From Eukaryota sp. GEM-RC1 (Eukaryota): a stretch of DNA of 64,000 nucleotides. Where the stretch lies: contig JAUFOQ010000002.1 in the NCBI GenBank assembly GCA_040285855.1, positions 2,852,001-2,916,000 of the forward strand. Reading direction: 5' to 3'. Shown here piece by piece: positions 49,310 to 60,911 of this stretch. Below the pieces are notes generated by a model that saw only the letters and a program-made list of their open reading frames with translations, did no database searches and was not told the origin of the DNA. Position numbers and translations under genes: made by a program. How positions within the stretch are numbered: position 1 is the first letter of the stretch; the number at the start of each line of letters is the position of its first letter.

Positions 49310-49627
49310 TGTAAATATGTTTCTTCTTTTAATCCGTTAACAGCTGCTGAAAAGCTCAAACACTCCAAGTGTGACTCTCAAGTGGAAGAATTAAATAGAA
49401 ACTCATATTCCAAATTTGTGTTTCAACTTTTTGCTGTTTCTCTTTTTGGATCTATTATTCCTGCTGGTGATCAATTTTTTAAGGATTTCGAAGAATTGTG
49501 TAAAGAAAAGAAGCGTAAGTTTAGAATGGCTGAATGGAAAAACCGTATAGTGTTTTCCATATATCAGAATATGCCTTTCTATTTCTCTAGATTAATTGAG
49601 AAATTGTACAAATTTGGTGCCGAATAA
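49310..49627 (+). mobile_element. RLE-type non-LTR retrotransposon 3' fragment
   Basis: AAEKLKHSK..FQLFAVSLFG..WKNRIVF. Confidence 0.65.
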
Positions 49628-49663
49628 AGTTTTCTTCAATGTAAAGCAAAAAATCTTGAACCA

Positions 49664-50176
49664 ATGTCTCGACGAATTCCATCCGCTTCTTCCTCCTTTC
49701 TTACTGAAGAGGAACAACAGTATACCCCTGAACATCTTCTAGAAACTCGTAAACAACGTAAACTTCAAAAGTACAAGGATTTCGGTGAAGCGGTGCTCTT
49801 ATTAGCCTGCTCAATTGCTATCTGGTACTTTACTTCCTCTTGGCAAAAAAATCCTTGATGGAAAAGTCATGCAGTATGTTAATCTATTCTCTTTTCTCAT
49901 CCTTGACCATTCTTCACCATAGCGGTTGTTTCTTTGTCTATCAATTTTTTCCTCGTTATTCTGGCTAAAGTGTACTACAATGGTGTTCTGAAACAAGACA
50001 TGGAAGTGACGTTGGACAAACATCCACTTCTTGTTTACATTATGACATTCCTCGCTGTTGCTAGTTTCGTCTGCTCCATGACTGGTATGTGGAAAATCTA
50101 CAGAATTGGATCTCCATTTGTTATTTTCATCTACACTCTCACATTCATTGTGTGTTCTAAGTATATTCCTTTCTAA
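49664..50176 (+). CDS. Small 4-TM membrane protein, TMEM128-like
   Basis: Two ORF pieces joined through an A-run shift and a probable intron (~49873-49922); hydrophobic pattern ending GMWKIY..SPF. Confidence 0.5.
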
Positions 50177-50265
50177 CAGCTCAATGAACGATGTATATGT
50201 CTTATATTTACAATGTGAAACCTCAAAATTTGAAAAATAAATACTATATAATACAGGCCAAAATC

Positions 50266-51434
50266 TTATCTTCGACCGGAAACAATTAACTCACTCAACA
50301 AACCCCCAGTAGACGGTTTAGAATTCTTCCTTATGGGTGATGTTATACGGTCTTTATCTGTCATATTAATGGGTGACAGAACAAGATTCCTCTTCGAATC
50401 AGGTGAGCAGAACGGCGTTTCAGTGGAGAAAGACGGAGATGAAGGTAGTTTAGATACAACTCTCTTTTCCCCAGGTACGGGGGGAAGTAGGTGGGGATAA
50501 CGGATTCTGTTGAGATAGAGTCTCCAAGTCACACTCCAAAAGCTCCCTCACCATTTTCCCCTTTTTCGAAGGCGGTAGTATAGCTGCAGCATTCTCTTTT
50601 CTAAGATTGAGAATAGAAACATCAGCTCCCGCAAATCGTAACACTTTAACAACTTCTTTCGACTGAGCCTTGTATGAATTCAGCATTAACGGCGTATCCC
50701 CTTCTCTATCAATGGAGTTTAAAAGATAGTCGAGTTCATCCTGTTTACACCTATTGATAAAGAGTCGTAGAATCTCATGTTTTCCAAACTGAGCAGCTAA
50801 ATGAAGAACATTCATATAATCCTTTGCATTTCTCCTATCAAGATCAGCGCCATACGTTATCAGCAGAGCAGCTGCCGCAATGAAATAGAGTGATTTGAAA
50901 GAAGAAAGTTGACCAGATAGCCGACTCCAGCGCTGAACTAGTATAAACAGAGGAGTTTCCCCATTATAATCAGTGTGATCAACAGAGTCTGGAGCTGCTG
51001 CTAGAAGTAACTGCATTATGCGCACGTTTCCTCTTCTAGCAGCAAGGGTAAGGGGGATCTGTAGAGTGTCGGACAAGGCTCGAGGACAGCTACCCATTTC
51101 GAGAAGTTTTTCCACAGCACTGACAAAGCCGAACTCAGCAGCGTAATGGAGAGGATACCATCCATGATGGAGAGTCTTTTGAACAGCTGTGTGTTCGTCT
51201 AAAGCTTGAAAGAATAAAGACATGTTCCGAGTTTCAATAGCATGAACAAGAAAGAGAACTTTTGGTACTTCAGACGCAGGAAAACGTTGGGGTAGTTCAT
51301 CAGTACGGAACCGTTTAAATTTTAAGGTAACAGAGTGATCAAGTGAAGAATAATCACGGACACGGACAGGAGTGACTATTTGGTTGTCATAGACCATGAG
51401 CAGATGCTCATATTCCTTTGTAGAAGAAGTCATG
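50266..51434 (-). CDS. Ankyrin-repeat protein
   Basis: PLHYAAEFG, PLTLAARRG, GETPL, VLHLAAQFG, GDTPL. The C-terminus probably continues through a shift at ~50490. Confidence 0.85.
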
Positions 51435-51485
51435 TGAGTTTTACCTACAATGTAGACAAATGGAGTGAAACTTTCACTCTTCAAA

Positions 51486-51884
51486 ATGTCTCAACCTTCT
51501 GATGAATTCGTAGCCGAAGTCCAAAAGCTACAACAGACTCTTTCTCATAAAGTTAATACTCTACATCAAACTCAGGCTCGCTTAATGGAGCGTGATCGCG
51601 ATCGCCGAAGAGCTGATCTTACTCTCCAAGAACTATCCACTCTTCCTTCTTCTGCTCGAGTGTTTCAATCTCTTGGTAAAACTTTCGTCTTGAAGCCCAC
51701 TGAATCAATACGTGAAGAACTAACAACACAGTCAAAGAAATGTGGTGATGAACTAGTTGCACTTAAGGTACTTTAATTCTTTCTCTTATGATATTCACCA
51801 CAGAGCCTTCAACAGAAACTACAGAGTGATTCTGTCAAGATTGAAAAAGAATTAGGAGAACTCTTCCGATCTTCACAACAGTAA
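51486..51884 (+). CDS. PFDN1: Prefoldin beta subunit (PFDN1-like), 1 intron
   Basis: RADLTLQELSTLP..VFQSLGKTFV. Intron 51768-51803 gives a stop at 51884. Confidence 0.8.
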
Positions 51885-51890
51885 GAATAT

Positions 51891-52553
51891 TTATTTTGAT
51901 AAACATTCCTGTACTTTCTGTCTCATTGTATTAATAACATCACGTGGATTTGTTGCTTTAAAAACACCTGACCCACTTACAATTACATTGGCTCCAGCTT
52001 CAGCAGCTAGACCAACAGTATTAACATCAATTCCACCATCGACTTGAATATCAAGTGTCGGTTTAAGTTTTCTTATTTCAGCCACTTTCTCGAGGCATTC
52101 AGGAATAAGAGCTTGGCCTCCAAATCCTGGTTCTACAGTCATGATTAGAACCATGTCGATCTGGTCTAAAAAGTCAACAATTGCTGATACCGGAGTCTTG
52201 GGCTTGATCGTTATCCCGACTTTCATTCCTGTGTTTTTAATTCTCTGAATAACAGAATGAACATCTTCCACAGCTTCTTGGTGGAATGTGAACATGTTTA
52301 CTCCTGCAGATGCGAAGCCATCAATGTAAACAGAAGGATCGTCAACCATTAAGTGGCAGTCAAAGTACATATCACTATGCTTTCGTAGAGCCTTGATTAT
52401 TGGAAGTCCAAAGGTCAGATTAGGAACAAAGTGCATGTCCATTACATCTAAGTGAAGCCAGTCAGCACCTAAATCCTGCATACGCTGAGCTTCACTTGCA
52501 AGATTAGCAAAATCACATGATAACATGGAAGGGGAGATGATGGGTTTAAGCAT
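51891..52553 (-). CDS. RPE: Ribulose-phosphate 3-epimerase
   Basis: ISPSML, HLDVMD.HFVPNLTFG, DCHLMV, MTVEPGFGGQ, IQVDGG. Confidence 0.97.
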   Translation of the reverse strand: MLKPIISPSMLSCDFANLASEAQRMQDLGADWLHLDVMDMHFVPNLTFGLPIIKALRKHSDMYFDCHLMVDDPSVYIDGFASAGVNMFTFHQEAVEDVHSVIQRIKNTGMKVGITIKPKTPVSAIVDFLDQIDMVLIMTVEPGFGGQALIPECLEKVAEIRKLKPTLDIQVDGGIDVNTVGLAAEAGANVIVSGSGVFKATNPRDVINTMRQKVQECLSK

Positions 52554-52617
52554 GATTTCGAAGAGGATAAGCTAAATAAAAGTGTTTTATAAAAGTGAAA
52601 TCGTCTTGATGAACAAC

Positions 52618-53740
52618 CAGGCTTCAGTGAAGCACTTTTTCACTTTTGTGAAGCCGCTTCACTAAAGTGATAAAGTGCTAAAGTGACTTTACTTTGCTTT
52701 TTTTTACTTTACATTAAAGTTTTGCAAAAGTAAAGTAACAGACCCTCAAACTTGTTTATTTTGCTTTCTGAGCACTGTAAATAACTCTCTTACACCAGTA
52801 TAACATGTTCTATCATAGGTACTCAACAAAAAACGATATAAAGTGGTTTCTTGCAGACACTTTTTCAAACAAGATCCATTATTCAAACGTCAGGTCACTT
52901 CAATACATCAATCAGTATCTGATAGTTCGAGATTGTCCCCTTTAAACACAGAAACCAGTTCATTTCCGATGCACCATTCGCTATGTCTCTTCAGTTTTGG
53001 ATAACTCTCGATTCATTACCTACTGGTATCCGTTGTTCGGAGTTGAGTGAAGTCATGTGTACATGGGATCGGAAATTGAATAAGAAAACTTAAGAGAGAA
53101 AGTTGTGAAAAGCGGATTGAGAACAGGTCAAACTTTTAGTGTTGTACGAAACGTTTCGGCGTTTCCAACGTTTCAGAAACGTTAATGACTCACAGGAAAC
53201 GCATCCGAACCGTGAATGAACGTTTCCAAAACTTGATGACTCCCGTAGATTTGTTGAAAAGTATGTTCTGTTTAATGTACTGTAATACTCTCTATATGAA
53301 TGTAACGAATAAAATTGGATGCACAGTAGCAAACCACTAAAACGAAAACACTTACAGGCATAACTGTAGTTTGTGATCCAATTTTCTCTCTAAATTTCAT
53401 ACCATTGAGAAATACAATCCATAACAACATGTATGACACCTGCACATACAACAAAGAACTGATAAAAATCAATTATACCAGTTAAACGGAATTGTTTCGA
53501 AGAGAGAATGTTGGTGGAGAAAAATTGAGATGTAGAACCATAAAACGACGTTTCGGAAACGGAAACGCGATTCCGAAACGTAAACGGGTTTCCACAAGAA
53601 TTTTCACACGTTTCGTGCAACACTACAAACTTTATTGACTTTAAAGCAACTTTTTAGCTGAAGTAAAGTAAAGCTTAAAGTAAAGAAGATTACTTTACTT
53701 TACTTCAATTTGGAATTTTGGACTACTTAAGTGAAGCCTG
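52618..53740. mobile_element. hAT-like non-autonomous element hosting a nested MITE
   Basis: Inverted ends caggcttca / tgaagcctg and aaagt/acttt subterminal repeats. No TSD seen. Confidence 0.55.
53137..53625. mobile_element. hAT-type MITE, copy 1
   Basis: TIR tagtgttg(t/c)acgaaacgt with a perfect 8-bp TSD caaacttt (53129-36, 53626-33). Confidence 0.9.
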
Positions 53741-54331
53741 GGGCCTATTGCAGGGATCGAAAAAACATATTGCAATATATTTCTAGCATAAAAAATGTAC
53801 AATAAATATGTTGGAAAATGTGATCATTGCAATAAGGATATTGGAAACTGACATGATTGCAGTAAGTAATTGCAATATATGGCAATATTTTGGGTAAAAT
53901 TTGGTGGTTCGTGAAAATGTAAGAAATTGAGACGTCCTGCTGAAATTTACTGACTGAAAATCAACCACTAGTTCGTCAGAGCTTTTAGTCGGTTACCCTT
54001 TCAGATACATGCATAAGAACATTAATTAAACTTCTTAACGTACTGTAAATCTTGACACCGCTTCTGATCATAATGTCCGCTAACTAGTAAAAGATCCCGT
54101 TATTCGATGTTTACCTTCACACCAAACTTTTAAAGTTACTATCCTAATCGACAGCAATAGAAAAACAAAGCTGGAACTAGAAGTTGTTTTCATTAATACA
54201 GTGTACTGCTACTAGTAGTGCTGGAAGTGGATGAAATATTCTAGTTGCATTCCGTACCCATACCAATGGCAATCCTCTTGCAACAGAATATAGTCTCATT
54301 GATCCATATACACTTGGTGAGACATCTCTGC

Positions 54332-55623
54332 ATGTCTTCAATTGAACCAACTAGCTGTGATCCTCATAGACCTCTTTGTTGTTTGAAACGCGATCTCCCT
54401 TCATTTGTTAAAAACGTTGGATATGTCAGTCAACGTTTTTATGAATGTTCTTTCACAGCCATTGATGTGTTCTTCTCAACAAACACTATTCATGTTGTCC
54501 CTGAACAGACTTCCCTGCTTTTTTCTATTGCTTCGTTCTTTAAAGCAAAGATTCGTTCTGTTTTCGTGTACTTGGAAGATTCTGTTGAACTGAAGAACGT
54601 ACTTAAGTATTCTCAAATCATTTCAGGTATAAAAGTGAGGATGCGAAACAAGACAGATTGGAACGTTCTTAGTGTATCTTCGCCTTTCCCTTTCCCTCGT
54701 CTTAAGCGACTTGATGTGATTGTCGATGATGCATCTAGTTTCTTTGGATTAACTGAAGCATTGAAAAGTAATTCTGTAATTACTGAAATTAATCTTGACC
54801 ACATCTCTATTAGTGCTGAAAATGCTGTGGCATTTGCTGATGTTCTTAAACGCAATTCAGCTTTGAGGCGGGTGAAACTATCATATAACTTTGTAGACTC
54901 TGATAGTGTGATTTCTTTTGCCAATGCGTTAAGAGTGAATTCAACTATTACCATGATTGATCTAGGATACAACTCTATTAGTCCTTCATGTACTACTATG
55001 TTGTCAAAAGCATTGAAAGTGAATTCCACAATTTCTGAGATTTATCTAGAGTATAACTCTATTGGCGATGAAGGCGCAAAATCATTATCAGAAGCGTTGA
55101 AAGTGAATTCTTCAATTGTTGTTCTTAATCTACGTGACAACTCTATTGGAACTGAAGGTGCAATTGCTTTAGGAGACGCTTTGAAAGTCAATTCCTCGCT
55201 TAGAGATATTTATCTGGGGTTCAACCGCATCGGTGATAGAGGCGTGATGGCGTTATCAGAAGCGTTCCAAGTAAATTGCTCAATTACTGACATCAATCTT
55301 TGGGATAATTCTATTACTGCTGAAGGTGCCACTGCATTGGGAGAAGCTTTGAAAGTAAATTCTACTCTTAATCGGATTCATCTTGGGCTCAACTGTGTTG
55401 CTAATGAAGGCGCTATCGCTTTTGCTGAAGCGTTAAAGTGAATTCTTCAATCACAGTGATTGAACTCGGATGTAACTCCATAGGTGATGAAGGCGCTATC
55501 GCTTTTGCTGAAGCTTTGACATGGAATGTTTCGAATGCTGAGGTTTATCTTTGGGAAAATTCTGTTAACTTAGAAACCATACCACGCATTGAGAGTCTGT
55601 CTAACAATCAAATCAAGTGTTAG
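54332..55623 (+). CDS. RI-like leucine-rich repeat protein
   Basis: 28-aa repeats ALKVNSxIxxIxLxxNSIGDEGA. Frameshift at ~55435. Confidence 0.85.
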
Positions 55624-56335
55624 TAAATTTAAAATTAGTTCGTCGTTTTCAAAGATGTCTCGTTGTAATATTTACCTTATGACGTCATCCTTCAAAAAAC
55701 TTTAGGAACCCCTTTCAACATGAGCCGACATTGTTTTCGTCTTTAAGAGTCCGGTATTTATTTTACAGCCGATCTGTATTGACGGTACACTAATTAACTT
55801 TTGGAATAACTATGATACGTTCTTTTCCAAACTACAGTTGAAGAATATTGTTAATTACATTATGTTTATGACCAGGCATGAAAACTAGATATATCGTCGA
55901 CATATAATGACGCGATATCCAGGGTTGACTGCACCTCATTCCTTAAATAAACTACACTGTGAATTTGAACTTTTAGCCTACTTAAGTCTTGTCTCAGTCA
56001 GTAGTAGGGATTTTGAGAAATGGTCCATTTTTCATAGAGCTGTAGCTGAAAGCCAATCGACTTGAGCCAAGTCATATCCAAATTTGGCTTGACTTACTCA
56101 AATGACTCAAGCTAAGCCAGTTTGGAATTCGCCAAACCAAACCCCATGGATCAAGCCATGGCCTGAACTAAATTCGAACAATAAAAAGTAGTGTTTTATG
56201 TTATAAATTATCGAAATACAAACAACTAGTACTTAAAAGACATTAAATGATCCACATCTACTGTTGAACTACACTATACAATTTGTCCAGAATACGATTC
56301 AAATACTTTGGGAAACTTCTATATAAGGAAGAAAC

Positions 56336-56801
56336 TAGTGTTACACGAAACGTTTCAGAAACGTTTATGACTTTAAGGAAATGCATCAGAAACGCCAATA
56401 AATGTTTCCAAAACTTGATGATTAATTTCTTGAAAAGCCTGTTCCGTTTATTGTACGTTATTGGTATTTTTATGAATGTTCCCAAGAAATTGGCCTACAC
56501 AGTAGCAAACCGCTAAAACGAAAACACTTTCTGACATAACTGTATTTTGTGATCCAATTTTCTCTCTTAATTTCATACCATAGTAAAATACAGACCTTAA
56601 CAACGTGTATAACACCTACACATACAACAAAGAACTGATAAAAATATATTATACCAGTCAACCGGAATTTTTTCCAAGGAAGAATGTTGGCGGAGAAAAA
56701 TTGAGATGCATAACAATAAAATGACGTTTCGAAAAAGGAAACGCAATTCCGAAACGTAAACGCGTTTCCACAAGAATTTTCACACGTTTCGTGCAACACT
56801 A
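56336..56801. mobile_element. hAT-type MITE, copy 2 (same family as 53137-53625)
   Basis: Same TIRs and internal sequence; degenerate TSD gaagaaac / gaaacaac. Confidence 0.85.
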
Positions 56802-56809
56802 GAAACAAC

Positions 56810-57240
56810 AATACGATTGCGTTAAAGAGACTGATTTAAATATTTCCTTTGCTCACGGTACAATTTTGAAAATGCATCAAAGAGATTTTCAGTAGCAATT
56901 CCACTATTACCAAGAATTGAAATAGCAAAAGAATGAACTTAAAAGAAGAATACAAATTAGAATTCAGTTTGATCATTGTGTCAGAATATGTACTAATCTT
57001 TCTTTTTCAGCTTTGGATAAATGATTTTCAGTATCACTCGAAACTGAATTCAAATCTACTTTAGCATATGGATCAACAGTAGTAAAATTTATCACAGCTT
57101 GACAAGAATCAAGATATGGAACAATAGAAAAGGTAAATCAACATAAGACAGACAAAGAAATCAAGTAATACAAATACCACATCTTTGATTGTGATCATTA
57201 TTAATTTTGTTAATTCGACACTGCTCTCTTTCATGACTGC
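56810..57240 (-). mobile_element. RLE-type retrotransposon 3' fragment
   Basis: VINFTTVDP..HLSKAEK, similar to the fragment at 48300-48620. Confidence 0.5.
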
Positions 57241-57966
57241 GTTTACTAGTATATTTCACAAGCGTTTATATCCAACCGATATTAAATCATGTCCGCTTAG
57301 GTAATGAAAATTCCCCAATAAAGAGAATCCTACTTTGACAGAGATTTTCTGAATTTCAATTCCCTGTGAAAGCGCTTTTTCCCTTGCCGGTCATATCAAT
57401 TACAACTTTGTAGTAAAGCGACATTAGTTTGTGATGAGTTTGATCAATAGAAACAATTACAATATATGTATTTATTCCAGCCGAAGAGAAATCGACTGGG
57501 CTCGGATTCAAGTCGACTTGTCACTTTGGCTTGACTTACTCAAATGGCTCAAGCCAAACCATATGGCTCAAGGCGTTGACAGCTCTATGTGATATGTGTT
57601 AGAAGAAGATTTATAGTGTTGTGTGTTTATTGCATTTTTGCAATATACTTATCATAATCCCTGCTGACGATGTATTCAACAACATTTAGTTCAGTAAGAG
57701 ATTGGGTTTGAGTAGTTTAGTAATCTAATGTAATGAATTGCAACTCCAGAGTTGAAAGAATTTAAGTGGAACCATGTGTATTTTAGCAGTTGTAGAAATA
57801 CATCAAATCTCTCGAATAAGCTCATCATTAAGCAGTTATTCCGCTCTACTGAGGAGTAGTAAGTAACGTTTGAGACCTGAAAGAACTCTATACAGTGACA
57901 TTGAATTCAATATATGTTCCCTGAGCATTTATAGTCCCTACACCAGAAGAGAAAAGACAACGAGAA

Positions 57967-59520
57967 TCATCTCATACTTCCTTTGATTGTACTAACTCTT
58001 TTAAAACTTAAAGATTTTTTCCCACCTATTGAAGGTATACTCGTTAATGAGGGAACAACAGACTTGGTAGTGAATGCATTAGTCATTGGTTGCACAGTAT
58101 TGCTATGAGGCTGATGAGTAGTCGACGGTGTACTTACTGCTGATACAGTTCCGCTTGATGGGACGACTGTTTTCAATGGAACTCGTAACAAGGAAGAAAC
58201 ACGAGAAAATATTCCAGTTCTTAAATGTTGCAAATTGAAATTCATGACTGGAATTGAATCCAAAATTCCACTATCAAGATTTGTTTCAAGATCTGCTGCA
58301 GGGACATCAAGTTTTGTTATTGGAATACAATACTCAAAACTTCCCATTGGTAACAACGTAAAGGAAAAACTTCCTTCCTCGGGTATCAACACAAACCAAG
58401 ACGAGGAAACTTCCCTCACACTTAGAACATTACATAGAGGATTTGAAGATCCTTTTAATAAAAGTACTTCTCTTTTCTCAAGCAATTCCTTATGCAATTC
58501 TCCTTGAACAACGTCAACATCCTCATCTACTGCAATTGAATCATCCAAATTAGGAACAACTAGCATTGCAGGCCCATTGATCATGCCTAAGGGAATGGTA
58601 TCCAATGGAACCCGACGAATCACAGTCAACATCCAATTGGGGAAAACATCAGACACATGAGTACAAGGTACTGTAAGACCTCCAATAGAAACAGCATCAT
58701 AATGCTTTGAGGAATTGATCATACCAAAACAACGTTGGCACGTACTATTCTGATCCATGAGATGTATGTGAGTTGAAACTGGAAGTTGATGACATGCGCA
58801 GAGGTAGTTGGGCACTGTAAATGAAGGAACAACTTCTTGATAAACTTTGTAATTTAGATTGTTTTGTTGAGGGTTTTCAAATTGTAAAGTCATTGAGTGA
58901 TAAGTAGATTCAAATAGCCATTGAGATATCTTAACATAGAGAGAGTAAAAAGAGCAGGTAACGTCAGTGATTCCAAAGATATCAATTCCACGACTGTATA
59001 CCTCGGCAAGCAATTGTTGACGACTCGAAGAAGATCTTGAAGCACTAGAATTCAAATGTGGAGACTCTACATCTGTGGTGTATAATATTAGATCAACTAC
59101 GCACCCAGCATCTTGTAATCGACTTAGGCAATTGATAAACTTTTCATCGCATTTCGCTCTAGTGGAAAGAATCAGTATCCTGCCAGCATTTACTTCGGAA
59201 ACACACTTCTCAAGACAGTTGCCTAGCGAGTGATAGGTCTTTGTGTGAACTCCACTGATGATACTGTCCAGTTGGAGGAGAAAATCAGTGGGAGAGAAAG
59301 AGGAAGGACTGGTACGATGGAACAAACATTGATGAGATGTGTCGTCTGTTTTATAGAGTGTCAGCTCACTGTGCAATATGAAAGGAGATACGGAGGAGAT
59401 CTTCCATAACCAAAACACTGACTTCAGAGCGTCCTTCACATGCTCACAGAATTTGGCAGATAGCTCAGTTTCCCAAGAATCTGCTGCACATAGATCAAGA
59501 ACAATTGCTTCTGATAACAT
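57967..59520 (-). CDS. VWA-like fold protein, possibly M1AP-related
   Basis: ATG at 59520. AIVLDL and RILILST strands, CACH motif, LTVIRRVPLDTIPLGMINGPAMLVVP. Confidence 0.4.
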   Translation of the reverse strand: MLSEAIVLDLCAADSWETELSAKFCEHVKDALKSVFWLWKISSVSPFILHSELTLYKTDDTSHQCLFHRTSPSSFSPTDFLLQLDSIISGVHTKTYHSLGNCLEKCVSEVNAGRILILSTRAKCDEKFINCLSRLQDAGCVVDLILYTTDVESPHLNSSASRSSSSRQQLLAEVYSRGIDIFGITDVTCSFYSLYVKISQWLFESTYHSMTLQFENPQQNNLNYKVYQEVVPSFTVPNYLCACHQLPVSTHIHLMDQNSTCQRCFGMINSSKHYDAVSIGGLTVPCTHVSDVFPNWMLTVIRRVPLDTIPLGMINGPAMLVVPNLDDSIAVDEDVDVVQGELHKELLEKREVLLLKGSSNPLCNVLSVREVSSSWFVLIPEEGSFSFTLLPMGSFEYCIPITKLDVPAADLETNLDSGILDSIPVMNFNLQHLRTGIFSRVSSLLRVPLKTVVPSSGTVSAVSTPSTTHQPHSNTVQPMTNAFTTKSVVPSLTSIPSIGGKKSLSFKRVSTIKGSMR

Positions 59521-59550
59521 GTTGAGAATGCAGGGAAATTTGTTCTTTTG

Positions 59551-60684
59551 ATGACAAGTTCCCCCAACTTTTGTGTTGTTCTTGACTCCGGAGGCTATTC
59601 TATCAAAGTTATTCTCAATGATCTTCCAGTTCAAGAGTTTCCAAACCTGACCATCTCCTCCTTTCCAGATCCCACCGCAAAACCCCAAATGGAATTCGGA
59701 TCCAAAGTCCTTCCCATTCTCTCAACTCTTTCTCCATCCCACGTCATCCATAAACCTATGCAATTCGGCTACGTCACCAATTTCGATCTTCAAGCAGCAA
59801 TCTGGCACTATATCTTAGGTCCAGACGAACTTGACATAATCCCTGCAGAATCTCGCTGTATATTTCCTCAACCTCCTTTCAACTTCGAATGGTGTCGCAA
59901 ACAGTCAGTCTCAACTCTTATCAAAAACTTCCACCTCTCAGCATGCGCCTTCCCCGTTGCTGCCTTCCTCTCAATGATCTACGGTTCTGCTTCATATCCC
60001 AACTTCTTCAACTTGGACAAATGCTGTGTTGTAGTGGACATGGGATTTAGTTCTACCTGGGTCTCGGTCTTTTTTCAAGGAAGAATCGTGCTGAAGGCTT
60101 GTAAGAGATTAGATGTGGGAGGAGATGTTTTAACCAAATATTTGGAGTATCGATTAAAATTGAAAAATGTTAATATGAATTATTTTCAGACTAATGAGAT
60201 CAAACATGGTCATTGTCGAGTATCAAGTGATTTCATCAATGAAGTTGACGTGATTCAACCAGTTTTGATTGAAAATGATACGCACTCTTTTATGTTAGAT
60301 ACCGAGTTAATAACTGTGCCAGAACTGTATTTTAAACCCTATCTGGCTTCAATCAATCAAATGGGATTGCATGAGCTAATTGTTCATTTGATCGATCTTG
60401 TGCCTGTGGAAGAAGTTCAAAAATATTCACTTTTTTCAAATATTTTGCTGGTAGGCGGTAGTTCGTTGTTTCCAGGACTTAAGCAACGACTAACTGAAGA
60501 ATTAGACAAGCAAACTCCTTGCTCGGTTAGTGTCGAGATTTATCATCCGGAGAATCCGAGGCACGCGACTGTTATTGGTGGTCAACTATGGTCACGTCAA
60601 CCTGATTCTGTTGACGTGTCAGTCATTGAAGCTGATTTACAGTACAAATGGCATAGTTATAGTTGGAAAACTGACTTACGGTGA
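59551..60684 (+). CDS. ARP6: Actin-related protein, ARP6-like
   Basis: VVLDSGGYSIK, GYVTNFDLQAAIW, VVVDMGFSST, KRLDVGG, VPELYFKP..INQMGL, NILLVGGSSLFPG. Confidence 0.8.
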   Translation: MTSSPNFCVVLDSGGYSIKVILNDLPVQEFPNLTISSFPDPTAKPQMEFGSKVLPILSTLSPSHVIHKPMQFGYVTNFDLQAAIWHYILGPDELDIIPAESRCIFPQPPFNFEWCRKQSVSTLIKNFHLSACAFPVAAFLSMIYGSASYPNFFNLDKCCVVVDMGFSSTWVSVFFQGRIVLKACKRLDVGGDVLTKYLEYRLKLKNVNMNYFQTNEIKHGHCRVSSDFINEVDVIQPVLIENDTHSFMLDTELITVPELYFKPYLASINQMGLHELIVHLIDLVPVEEVQKYSLFSNILLVGGSSLFPGLKQRLTEELDKQTPCSVSVEIYHPENPRHATVIGGQLWSRQPDSVDVSVIEADLQYKWHSYSWKTDLR

Positions 60685-60911
60685 GTTGTATTCCTTTCAA
60701 AGTTTATTGGCTTTTTTTTCATTTGTACAGCTTCATGTATTTTAGGAAACCTTTTAATCACAACTCAATCAATGCTGACAAGCGGTTGACGTGTCTGTAA
60801 ATCTACTCTTTCAATCAAAAAGTTATAGATTTATTTCAAATAGATCCACCGGGATGTCATACAAAAACCATCATCAAAATGATCAACACATTGCAAATTT
60901 TTGAGAAAATA

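Larger units (their letters stand above)
56035..57587. mobile_element. Decayed hAT element with nested insertions
   Basis: Ends tagagctgt / acagctcta, shared subterminal ttggcttgacttactcaaatg, and hAT dimerization-like PCESAFSLAG at ~57362-57392. Confidence 0.65.
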
